In this document: positions 12,315 to 23,838 of the stretch, piece after piece
Position numbering within the stretch: the first letter of the stretch is position 1
Layout of the letters: each line of letters starts with the position of its first letter
The notes under the pieces: generated by a model
Database searches by the model: none
The model's input: only the letters and a program-made list of their open reading frames with translations
Told to the model about the DNA's origin: nothing
Program-made: the position numbers and the translations under genes
DNA from: Macrostomum hystrix
Lineage: Eukaryota; Animalia; Platyhelminthes
Length of the DNA: 64,000 nt
Assembly: GCA_950097015.1 (NCBI GenBank)
Contig: CATNEN010000001.1
Location: forward strand, 62,001 to 126,000
Direction: 5' to 3'

Positions 12315-12373
12315 CTGGCGCCAATTTAAGAGCCGGAGTGGAGCATCGTTTCGCTCTTCATTTGCGACGGCAG

Positions 12374-12485
12374 CTTTCAAGCAGCCGACTGACCGACATC
12401 CACCGACCGAGTCTCTCCGTTGCTAGGCGACTCTCTCCGTTGCTAGGCGAGACTCTCCGGATCTCCCGTTGCTGCTGTAGTGCAG
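12374..12485 (+). other. Candidate non-coding 5' exon 1 of paralog B
   Basis: ATG-free GC-rich segment downstream of the X-box, ending in donor CAG|GTGAG. The 5' boundary is uncertain. Confidence 0.4.
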
Positions 12486-12639
12486 GTGAGGGGGTTAATT
12501 GCTGAACTAGTTTCCATAAACTAAACAGTGCTTTACTCTCTTAATGCTGTCATTTCTAACCAACAGTAGGTATATTAGAAAAAATGAGACACTGAATGAT
12601 ATAACCAGAACGAAATGGCACGTTGATTAACGTGAAAAA

Positions 12640-14202
12640 AGAGACAGAATGACATGAAATGAGAGACACAATGACATGAAATGAGAGACACAATGACATG
12701 AAATGAGAGACACAATGACATGAAATGAGAGACACAATGACATGAAATGAGAGACACAATGACATGAAATGAGAGACACAATGACATGAAATGAGAGACA
12801 CAATGACATGAAATGAGAGACACAATGACATGAAATGAGAGACACAATGACATAAAATGAGAGACACAATGACATGAAATGAAAGACACAATGACATGAA
12901 ATGAGAGACACAATGACATGAAATGAGAGACACAATGACATGAAATGAGAGACACAATGACATGAAATGAGAGACACAATGACATGAAATGAGAGACACA
13001 ATGACATGAAATGAGAGACACAATGACATGAAATGAGAGACACAATGACATGAAATGAGAGACACAATGACATGAAATGAGAGACACAATGACATGAAAT
13101 GAGAGACACAATGACATGAAATGAGAGACACAATGACATGAAATGAGAGACACAATGACATGAAATGAGAGACACAATGACATGAAATGAGAGACACAAT
13201 GACATGAAATGAGAGACACAATGACATGAAATGAGAGACACAATGACATGAAATGAGAGACACAATGACATGAAATGAGAGACACAATGACATGAAATGA
13301 GAGACACAATGACATGAAATGAGAGACACAATGACATGAAATGAGAGACACAATGACATGAAATGAGAGACACAATGACATGAAATGAGAGACACAATGA
13401 CATGAAATGAGAGACACAATGACATAAAATGAGAGACACAATGACATGAAATGAAAGACACAATGACATGAAATGAGAGACACAATGACATGAAATGAGA
13501 GACACAATGACATGAAATGAGAGACACAATGACATGAAATGAGAGACACAATGACATGAAATGAGAGACACAATGACATGAAATGAGAGACACAATGACA
13601 TGAAATGAGAGACACAATGACATGAAATGAGAGACACAATGACATGAAATGAGAGACACAATGACATGAAATGAGAGACACAATGACATGAAATGAGAGA
13701 CACAATGACATGAAATGAGAGACACAATGACATGAAATGAGAGACACAATGACATGAAATGAGAGACACAATGACATGAAATGAGAGACACAATGACATG
13801 AAATGAGAGACACAATGACATGAAATGAGAGACACAATGACATGAAATGAGAGACACAATGACATGAAATGAGAGACACAATGACATGAAATGAGAGACA
13901 CAATGACATGAAATGAGAGACACAATGACATGAAATGAGAGACACAATGACATGAAATGAGAGACACAATGACATAAAATGAGAGACACAATGACATGAA
14001 ATGAAAGACACAATGACATGAAATGAGAGACACAATGACATGAAATGAGAGACACAATGACATGAAATGAGAGACACAATGACATGAAATGAGAGACACA
14101 ATGACATGAAATGAGAGACACAATGACATGAAATGAGAGACACAATGACATGAAATGAGAGACACAATGACATGAAATGAGAGACACAATGACATGAGAT
14201 GA
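12640..14202. repeat. Minisatellite, 22-bp unit GAGAGACACAATGACATGAAAT
   Basis: About 71 nearly perfect copies. Confidence 0.97.
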
Positions 14203-14783
14203 GGCCTAATTTAGTCTCCAAAGTTGGCATCTGAGCTAATTTTTCAATATTTCTTCGCGAATACATTAAAAGTCCATCTTCAAGACCTCACAGAAAGTCT
14301 AATCTTAGTATTTTAGAAAATTATTCTTCAAGCAATGGCCCTCTCACCCAAATACACCCAAAGCAATTCGCACAGAACAATGGACAGCAACAATGAACCC
14401 ACAGCCGAAACTGTTTTGCAGCAATAAAATATTCAATGGCGAGTTTGAGCAGGCTAACTCATGCTTTGTCTTCGTCTCAAACTCAACTCGAGTCTTCTCT
14501 GTGCAGATTGAAGCAGCCCCTCAACCTGTGTGTTCAAAGTGAGCAGTGTTTAATCTCTCATGTGGCATTGAAACTGTTGCCAATGGAAGCTGAGAATGGG
14601 TTGGACAAAGTACTTTTGTCACCGACTCAAACCCATCTCAGATGCTTTAGTAGGCCATGCAGACCTGTCTCCGTATGGACTCAGTGTTCATGTACTTTAA
14701 TCAGCTCATAGGATGTTTGAGTAGCACAAACTGGAGCACACAGTCGCAATGCAGTGTAGAATGTATGCTCAACCCATGCTTCT

Positions 14784-14806
14784 GTTGCTAGGCAACAAAT
14801 AAACAA
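14784..14806 (+). promoter_or_regulatory. RFX X-box plus forkhead-type site, module 2
   Basis: GTTGCTAGGCAAC AAATAAACAAA; the flanks are homologous to module 1 (CACACAGTCGCAATGCAGTGT, GCATTGAAACTG). Confidence 0.6.
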
Positions 14807-14859
14807 ATTCGCACCGATTCAAAGTTACTGTCGAGTATCCGTTTTCTCTTCATTCACAG

Positions 14860-14982
14860 CCAACTGAATCATTTTTTAAACTGCTGAAGCCTCTGAGTCT
14901 GTCTGTTGCTAGGTGAGTCTCTCCGTTGCTAGGCGAGTCTCTCCGGATCGCCCATTGCTGGCAGTGTCCAGAGGACTCAAAG
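14860..14982 (+). other. Candidate non-coding 5' exon 2 of paralog B
   Basis: ttttctcttcattcacag| ... AAAG|GTAAGT (consensus donor); no ATG. Confidence 0.45.
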
Positions 14983-16075
14983 GTAAGTAAATTAAACTTT
15001 TTAGTTCAACAGCTTCCGACTTTTGTGCGCACATCCAAGATCTTTAATCATAGTTTAAATTCTGCATACTTTAAGTTACTTGTACGAGTATCGTCTTTTC
15101 CATTTGCCAATAGCTACTTCACCAGCTGTTACAGTATTTAAGTCAAAATATGTATTTATATGGGCTGGCCTGGCGGTGCAATCAGAGTGGAAAAAGTTGT
15201 CTTTTACAATTCCGTTTTCTGTAAGCCATTTGCTACTTTCTACTGTAAGTAGTGCTGATTAGGCATACCTTTTTAGACTACTATATCTTAGGCTATTATA
15301 TTATTATAATAGGCTATCTTAGGATAAAACGCACTGTTATTTCCGATACTCACTACTGCAAACAGTGTGCAACAACAACTAACCATGAAGATTGCGGTGA
15401 AAAAGAGATATAAGTGGAAAAATATTTAAAAGAAAAGAAAAAATAGGACAAAATTGCGAGTGTAAATTAATGCTAAAGAGAAGGGAAGAGAGAGGAGGAG
15501 AGAAGAAGAAGGAGTATCGAATAGTCAAGCATCATATTATATTTCATTTCTAGACTGATAGAAGATAGGAGCTAACGGAGATAGATGGGTAGGAGACAGA
15601 AGAAATTGTTTCAATCGGGATCATTTATCAATGGGAATAATTCCTCAATAGGGATAATTTGTCAGAGGAAAGTTTGATAAAATATGATCATTTGTCAGTG
15701 GAAAATCTAACGTCATGGGACAATTTTATCGCGGGAAAAATAGAAAATTTTGTCAATTAATAAAACGAGAAAGTGAAATTTATTCTACATTGATAATTTT
15801 ACAATTTTACGTGTAATTTGACAAAGAAGTATCCTTGTCGAAGAAGATAATTTGCCCAGGAAGGATAATTTAAACCGAGGGCTTTAGACAAAGGGGACAC
15901 TTTCTCAAATGAGGATATATCGATTAAAGGACTTTTTGCCACGGAATACAGATAAGTATGTACAAAGAGACGAATGTAAAATCAGGGACAATATACCACA
16001 ATTAAATTTGACACACCAATTTTAAACTATTTGACCCGGGCGAATAAATTAATGAAAGAAGTAAAACCCAGCTGT

Positions 16076-17345
16076 TATACTTGCAGTAGTACTGTAGTGA
16101 TATTGTGCTTGCAGTAGCACTGTAGTGATATTATACTTGCAGTAGTACTGTAGTGATTTTATACTTGCACTAGTACTGTAGTGATATTATACTTGCAGTA
16201 GTACTGTAGTGATATTATACTTGCAGTAGTACTGTAGTGATATTGTACTTGCAGTAGTACTGTAGTGATATTGTACTTGCAGTAGTACTGTAGTGATATC
16301 ATACTTGCAGTAGTACTGTAGTGATATTGTGCTTGCAGTAGCACTGTAGTGATATTATACTTGCAGTAGTACTGTAGTGATTTTATACTTGCACTAGTAC
16401 TGTAGTGATATTATACTTGCAGTAGTACTGTAGTGATATTATACTTGCAGTAGTACTGTAGTGATATTGTACTTGCAGTAGTACTGTAGTGATATTGTAC
16501 TTGCAGTAGTACTGTAGTGATATAATACTTGCAGTAGTACTGTAGTGATATCATACTTGCAGTAGTACTGTAGTGATATTGTACTTGCAGTAGTACTGTA
16601 GTGATATTGTACTTGCAGTAGTACTGTAGTAATATAATACTTGCAGTAGTAGTGTAGTGATATCATAATTGCAGTAGTACTGTAGTGATATTGTAATTGC
16701 AGTAGTACTGTAGCGATATTATACTTGCAGTAGTACTGTAGTGATATTGTACTTGCAGTAGTACTGTAGTGATATTGTACTTGCAGTAGTACTGTAGTGA
16801 TATTATACTTGCAGTAGTACTGTAGTGATAATGTAATTGCAGTAGTACTGTAGTGATATTATACTTGCAGTAGTACTGTAGTGATATTGTACTTGCAGTA
16901 GTACTGTAGTGATATTGTACTTGCAGTAGTACTGTAGTGATATTATACTTGCAGTAGTACTGTAGTGATATCATACTTGCAGCAGTACTGTAGTGATATC
17001 ATACTTGCAGTAGTACTGTAGTGATATTGTACTTGCAGTAGTACTGTAGTGATATCATACTTGCAGTAGTACTGTAGTGATATTATACTTGCAGTAGTAC
17101 TGTAGTGATATCATACTTGCAGTAGTACTGTAGTGATATCATACTTGCAGTAGTACTGTAGTGATATTGTACTTGCAGTAGTACTGTAGTGATATCATAC
17201 TTGCAGTAGTACTGTAGTGATATTATACTTGCAGTAGTACTGTAGTGATATTGTAATTGCAGTAGTACTGTAGCGATATTATACTTGCAGTAGTACTGTA
17301 GTGATATTATACTTGCAGTAGTACTGTAGTGATAATTTGCTTGTA
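16076..17345. repeat. Minisatellite, 28-bp unit ATACTTGCAGTAGTACTGTAGTGATATT
   Basis: About 45 copies. Confidence 0.96.
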
Positions 17346-17455
17346 GCATTGCTGCAGTATGAAGGGATTATTGAGGCAAAAAGAGAGTAGAAAGAATATG
17401 TTGGTGTTTAATTAGACTATTTTTTACATCATATTTCCTTATTCCGTTTCGGCAG

Positions 17456-17689
17456 CCTTCGAACTGCTCACTCACTGACAGCCTCTGAGTCTCACCGTTG
17501 CTAGGCGAGTCTCACCGTTGCTAGGCGAGTCTCCCCCGTTGCCAGGGAAGTGTCTCCGTTGCCAGGCGAGTCTCCTCCGTTGCCAGGGAAGTGTCTCCGT
17601 TGCTAGGCGAGTCTCCCCCGTTGCTAGGCGAGTCTCAGCAAGTCGCTCACCGCTGCTGTTGCAGCTGCAGCTGCATCGCGGACTCATCG
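17456..17689 (+). other. Candidate non-coding 5' exon 3 of paralog B, with about 7 tandem X-box-like 20/21-bp repeats
   Basis: ttccgtttcggcag| ... CATCG|GTGAGT; GTTGC(T/C)AGG repeats at 17497-17632; no ATG seen. Confidence 0.45.
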
Positions 17690-17999
17690 GTGAGTGTTGT
17701 TGGCTGGAAAAGTACAATTTGCATACTGGCATTTGCTGACTCTGACCATAGACACCAATAGGAAATAAAGTGCGAATTTACTGATTGGACGGGTTTGCAG
17801 CTTCTTGCTGAAATTCGCTGGTGGAATTTCGCTTAAGAACTTTGTGTTCTTAAGAATATTGGTAAGAAAATTGGCGATAAATCTTCGTTTGTGAGTAACA
17901 TTTTACAGGAAATAATTTTTCTATTGAGAGGATAATTTGACAACTAAGGGGAGACTTTTAATAAAGTGTGATAAGCTACTAATTGAGAAGATATATTTG

Positions 18000-19206
18000 T
18001 TGATTAAGGGGATGACTTGGGGATTAAGGGAATCATTTTGGGATTTGTGGGGTTAATTTGTGGATTGAGGGGATAAATTTAGGATTTAAGGGATAATCTG
18101 TCGATTAAGGGGACAATCTGTGGATTGAGGGGATAATCTGTGGATTGAGGGATAATCTGTGGATTGAGGGCATAATCTCTGGATTGAGGGTATAATCTGT
18201 GGATTGAGGGGATAATCTGTGGATTGAGCGGATAATCTGTGGATTGAGGGTATAATCTGTGGATTGAGGGGATAATCTGTGGATTGAGCGGATAATCTGT
18301 GGATTGAGGGTATAATCTGTGGATTGAGGGGATAATCTGTGGATTGAGGGGATAATCTGTGGATTGAGGGGATAATCTTTTGATTGAGGGGGATAATCTG
18401 TGGATTGATAGGATAATCTGTGGATTGAGGGGATAATCTGTGGATTTTGGGGATAATCTGTTGATTGAGGGGATAATCTGTGGATTGAGGGGATAGTCTG
18501 TGGATTGAGGGGATAATCTGTGGATTGAGGGGATAGTCTGTGGATTGAGGGGATAGTCTGTGGATTGAGGGGATAATCTGTGGATTGAGGGGATAATCTG
18601 TGAATTGAGGGATAATCTGTGGATTGGGGGGATAATCTGTGGATTGAGGGGATAATCTGTGGATTTTGGGGATAATCTGTTGATTGAGGGGATAATCTGT
18701 GGATTGAGGGGATAATCTGTGAATTGAGGGGATAATCTGTGGATTGAGGGTATAATCTGTGGATTGAGGGGATAATCTGTGGATTGAGGGGATAATCTGT
18801 GGATTGAGGGGATAATCTTTTGATTGAGGGGGATAATCTGTGGATTGATAGGATAATCTGTGGATTGAGGGGATAATCTGTGGATTTTGGGGATAATCTG
18901 TTGATTGAGGGGATAATCTGTGGATTGAGGGGATAGTCTGTGGATTGAGGGGATAATCTGTGGATTGAGGGGATAATCTGTGAATTGAGGGATAATCTGT
19001 GGATTGGGGGGATAATCTGTGGATTGAGGGGATAATCTGTGGATTTTGGGGATAATCTGTTGATTGAGGGGATAATCTGTGGATTGAGGGGATAATCTGT
19101 GGATTGAGGGGATAGTCTGTGGATTGAGGGGATAATCTGTGGATTGAGGGGATAATCTGTGAATTGAGGGATAATCTGTGGATTGGGGGGATAATCTGTG
19201 GATTGA
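18000..19206. repeat. Minisatellite, 20-bp unit GGGGATAATCTGTGGATTGA
   Basis: About 60 copies, with a degenerate left edge. Confidence 0.95.
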
Positions 19207-19448
19207 TGTATTGTTCGCTAACTTAGTGGTACATTTTTTAATTAAGTGTGATAAAAACCCAAACAGAAAGGAGACATTTAAAATATATTAGATGACAGGA
19301 ATCAGTTGCAACTCAGGGTAGAGAGGGAAGAAGAGGAATAGAGAAGGGAATAAGGAGGGAATATGGGAGTAGAGACGGGTACCAGTCAAGACTATTCAAT
19401 TCCAACTTATTTTCCACAGCAGGTAACTGACAACCAATGAGTGTCTCT

Positions 19449-19461
19449 GTTGCTAGGCAAC
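19449..19461 (+). promoter_or_regulatory. RFX X-box, module 4 (unit 1 only)
   Basis: GTTGCTAGGCAAC; downstream 19524-19578 is homologous to 17780-17834. Confidence 0.45.
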
Positions 19462-20442
19462 TTTGCGTACTTGTAGTTGCTAATTTTGTCGATAGTAACC
19501 CAATTGGAGATAGTGTGCTCATTGACTGATTGAACGGGTCCTGAAGCTTCTTGCTGAAATGCGCTGGTGGAATTTCACTTTGTGTTTAAGTTTAGGCAAA
19601 AATTCTTCGTTTGGATGTACAGTTGCCGTCTGAGGCGAATATTTTGAGAACTGAGGGGACAATTCGTGGATTTAGGGGATAATTTGCGGATTTAGAGGAT
19701 AATTCGAGGATTTGTGGGATAATGCGCGGATTTGGGGGGATAATGCGCAGATTTAGAGGATAATTCGAGGATTTTGGGGATAATTTTACGATTAAATGGG
19801 ATAGAGGGGAAACTGTGTGGATTATTAGCAAAATATTGGGATTAAACTGCCGCTGATTTTACAGATTGCAAGATAAGTGGGATAAGCTGCAATGGACGGT
19901 GATTCTTAGAAACTGGGATGGCAAACAATATTATTCTCAAGTTTTCCCTCTGTGCAGTGAGAGGCTGTTGCTAAAGTTGCAACTGTACATTTGCGACAGC
20001 AAGCCTAACAAGGTAGGAGTAACAAAAACTAAAGTGCTTCACGCGGGAGGCAAAAATAGTTTATTTGTTCGTTTGCGAATACCAAAAACATTTCTGAAAG
20101 TCCATACCTACACATACCTAAAGAATGGACAATTTTGAATTATTTTGGCAAGCGAGCCACCGTATAATAAACTACCGAATAACTGCAATGAATTGCCTTG
20201 GTTACAGGTTCTACTTTTCTTCCGCGTTTCTGTTTGGCAATAATCTTTCGCCATGCCGACACGCAAAGTCCTGGTTTGATTTGCCTGTTGTAAAATTCAA
20301 TACCTCAGCGATTAGGAAAACACGTTCGGCTAGTGTTCTTCATTTACACGATACTCACAAAAGAATTTCGAGAAATAAATAGATGGAGGGGAATAGTCAT
20401 AGACAGAAGAATAGACGGAGGAATAGACGGAGGAATATACAG

Positions 20443-23125
20443 GGGATTAGAGTGAGCAACTGAGAGGATGAGAGTGAGGAACTGAGAGGGATGAGAGTGA
20501 GGAACTGAGAGGGATGAGAGTGAGGAACTGAGAGGGATGAGAGTGAGGAACTGAGAGGGATGAGAGTGAGGAACTGAGAGGGATGAGAGTGAGGAACTGA
20601 GAGGGATGAGAGTGAGGAACTGAGAGGGATGAGAGTGAGGAACTGAGAGGGGATGAGAGTGAGCAACTGAGAGGGATGAGAGTGAGGAACTGAGAGGGAT
20701 GAGAGTGAGCAACTGAGAGGATGAGAGTGAGGAACTGAGAGGGATGAGAGTGAGCAACTGAGAGGGATGAGAGTGAGGAACTGAGAGGGATGAGAGTGAG
20801 GAACTGAGAGGGATGAGAGTGAGGAACTGAGAGGGGATGAGAGTGAGCAACTGAGAGGGATGAGAGTGAGGAACTGAGAGGGATGAGAGTGAGCAACTGA
20901 GAGGGATGAGAGTGAGCAACTGAGAGGGATGAGAGTGAGCAACTGAGAGGGATGAGAGGGAGGAACTGAGAGGGATGAGAGGGAGGAACTGAGAGGGATG
21001 AGAGTGAGCAACTGAGAGGGATGAGAGGGAGGAACAGAGAGGGATGAGAGTGAGGTACACAGAGGGGATGAGAGTGAGGTACACAGAGGGGATGAGAGTG
21101 AGGTACACAGAGGGGATGAGAGTGAGGTACACAGAGGGGATGAGAGTGAGGTACACAGAGGGGATGAGAGTGAGCAACTGAGAGGGATGAGAGTGAGGAA
21201 CTGAGAGGGATGAGAGTGAGCAACTGAGAGGGATGAGAGTGAGGAACTGAGAGGGATGAGAGTGAGGTACACAGAGGGGATGAGAGTGAGGTACACAGAG
21301 GGGATGAGAGTGAGCAACTGAGAGGGATGAGAGTGAGGAACTGAGAGGGATGAGAGTGAGCAACTGAGAGGGATGAGAGGGAGGAACAGAGAGGGATGAG
21401 AGTGAAGTACACAGAGGGGATGAGAGTGAGGTACACAGAGGGGATGAGAGTGAGGTACACAGAGGGGATGAGAGTTAGGAACTGAGAGGGATGAGAGTGA
21501 GGTACACAGAGGGGATGAGAGTGAGGAACTGAGAGGGATTAGAGTGAGCAACTGAGAGGATGAGAGTGAGGAACTGAGAGGGATGAGAGTGAGCAACTGA
21601 GAGGATGAGAGTGAGGAACTGAGAGGGATGAGAGTGAGGAACTGAGAGGGATTAGAGTGAGGAACTGAGAAGGATGAGAGTGAGGAACTGAGAGGGATTA
21701 GAGTGAGGAACTGAGAAGGATGAGAGTGAGGAACTGAGAAGGATGAGAGTGAGGAACTGAGAAGGATGAGAGTGAGGAACTGAGAGGGATGAGAGTGAGG
21801 AACTGAGAGGGATGAGAGTGAGGAACTGAGAGGGATTAGAGTGAGGAACTGAGAGGGATTAGAGTGGGGAACTGAGAAGGATGAGAGTGAGGAACTGAGA
21901 GGGATGAGAGTGAGGAACTGAGAGGGATTAGAGTGAGGAACTGAGAGGGATGAGAGTGAGGAACTGAGAAGGATGAGAGTGAGGAACTGAGAGGGATGAG
22001 AGTGAGGAACTGAGAGGGATGAGAGTGAGGAACTGAGAGGGATGAGAGTGAGGAACTGAGAGGGATGAGAGTGAGGAACTGAGAGGGATGAGAGTGAGGA
22101 ACTGAGAGGGATGAGAGTGAGGAACTGAGAGGGATTAGAGTGAGGAACTGAGAGGGATTAGAGTGGGGAACTGAGAAGGATGAGAGTGAGGAACTGAGAG
22201 GGATGAGAGTGAGGAACTGAGAGGGATGAGAGTGAGGAACTGAGAGGGATTAGAGTGGGGAACTGAGAAGGATGAGAGTGAGGAACTGAGAGGGATGAGA
22301 GTGAGGAACTGAGAGGGATTAGAGTGAGGAACTGAGAGGGATGAGAGTGAGGAACTGAGAGGGATGAGAGTGAGGAACTGAGAGGGATTAGAGTGAGGAA
22401 CTGAGAGGGATGAGAGTGAGGAACTGAGAGGGATGAGAGTGAGGAACTGAGAGGGATGAGAGTGAGGAACTGAGAGGGATTAGAGTGAGGAACTGAGAGG
22501 GATGAGAGTGAGGAACTGAGAGGGATTAGAGTGAGGAACTGAGAGGGATGAGAGTGAGGTACACAGAGGGGATGAGAGTGAGGTACACAGAGGGGATGAG
22601 AGTGAGGTACACAGAGGGGATGAGAGTGAGGTACACAGAGGGGATGAGAGTGAGGAACTGAGAGGGATGAGAGTGAGGAACTGAGAGGGATTAGAGTGGG
22701 GAACTGAGAAGGATGAGAGTGAGGAACTGAGAGGGATGAGAGTGAGGAACTGAGAGGGATTAGAGTGAGGAACTGAGAGGGATGAGAGTGAGGAACTGAG
22801 AAGGATGAGAGTGAGGAACTGAGAGGGATGAGAGTGAGGAACTGAGAGGGATGAGAGTGAGGAACTGAGAGGGATGAGAGTGAGGAACTGAGAGGGATGA
22901 GAGTGAGGAACTGAGAGGGATTAGAGTGAGGAACTGAGAGGGATGAGAGTGAGGAACTGAGAGGGATGAGAGTGAGGAACTGAGAGGGATTAGAGTGAGG
23001 AACTGAGAGGGATTAGAGTGAGGAACTGAGAGGGATTAGAGTGAGGAACTGAGAGGGATGAGAGTGAGGAACTGAGAGGGATTAGAGTGAGGAACTGAGA
23101 GGGATGAGAGTGAGGAATCGAGAGG
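20443..23125. repeat. Purine-rich minisatellite, 23-bp GGGATGAGAGTGAGGAACTGAGA / 24-bp GGGGATGAGAGTGAGGTACACAGA
   Basis: About 115 copies, ending about 0.7 kb upstream of the paralog B ATG. Confidence 0.96.
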
Positions 23126-23761
23126 ACATTGGAGTGAGGAATAGAGAGGGTGATGTGAGGTGGAGATGTGGGACTTGAGGAACGGGGTTAAAACTTTAGC
23201 AAATTTTCAAGATTAGATATTTGATTTCTTACATTAGCTATTTCATTATTCTACTATAATATATTTTATATATTATTAGCTGTTGCTATGGTAAAATTAT
23301 TTAACGAAAAATACATTACTTGTGCCACCCAGCAATACGTTGTCAGGCAATAATTGTACCTGACAATTATTTACTAAAAAACTGCACCAATTTTGGATCT
23401 CAATTTTATATTCTAATTTACCATTAAACTCAATAAAAGGTTGATGAGCACAGGCTGGATAGAGGAATAAGGATCCAGAATAGGGAGATAGGGAGAATGC
23501 AGAATGGGAAGACAGGAACGGAAGGAGGATGTCTGGGAGATTCAATAGCGGGATTAAGAAGGTGATAAGCGGTACACGCATGAATGTGTTCAAATTTTTA
23601 ATGTCTTGTAATTTCAAAACATTTTCATTAATTGCCTTTTTTAATTAACAGCAAGTGCAGCAGCATTTCAAGTACACGAATAAGAAATTTATTGTTTCTA
23701 ACGTGCCTCACTTGTCACTATTGACCTGACACGGCCAAAATAAGTCTGTGTCTTCAGTTTT

Positions 23762-23784
23762 CTAACGTTCTTCTCTTTCTTCAG
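23762..23784 (+). other. Splice acceptor (branch point CTAAC, polypyrimidine tract, CAG) opening the giant exon of paralog B
   Basis: ctaacgttcttctctttcttcag|CCA. An in-frame TAG at 23818-23820 precedes the ATG at 23839, so upstream exons must be non-coding. Confidence 0.7.
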
Positions 23785-23838
23785 CCAAAAAAGTCTTCTG
23801 AGAAGAATTTCACGGACTAGGAAGAGAAGCAAGGGTTC

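Noticed and set aside
12556-14266. Long minus-strand ORFs (522-563 aa; also 37791-39128)
   Set aside because: They are translations of the 22-bp minisatellite, open in all three frames only because the unit lacks stops on that strand.
16076-17345. CRISPR-like appearance of 28-32-bp, partly palindromic repeats
   Set aside because: Head-to-tail with no unique spacers, no cas genes, and a eukaryotic context.
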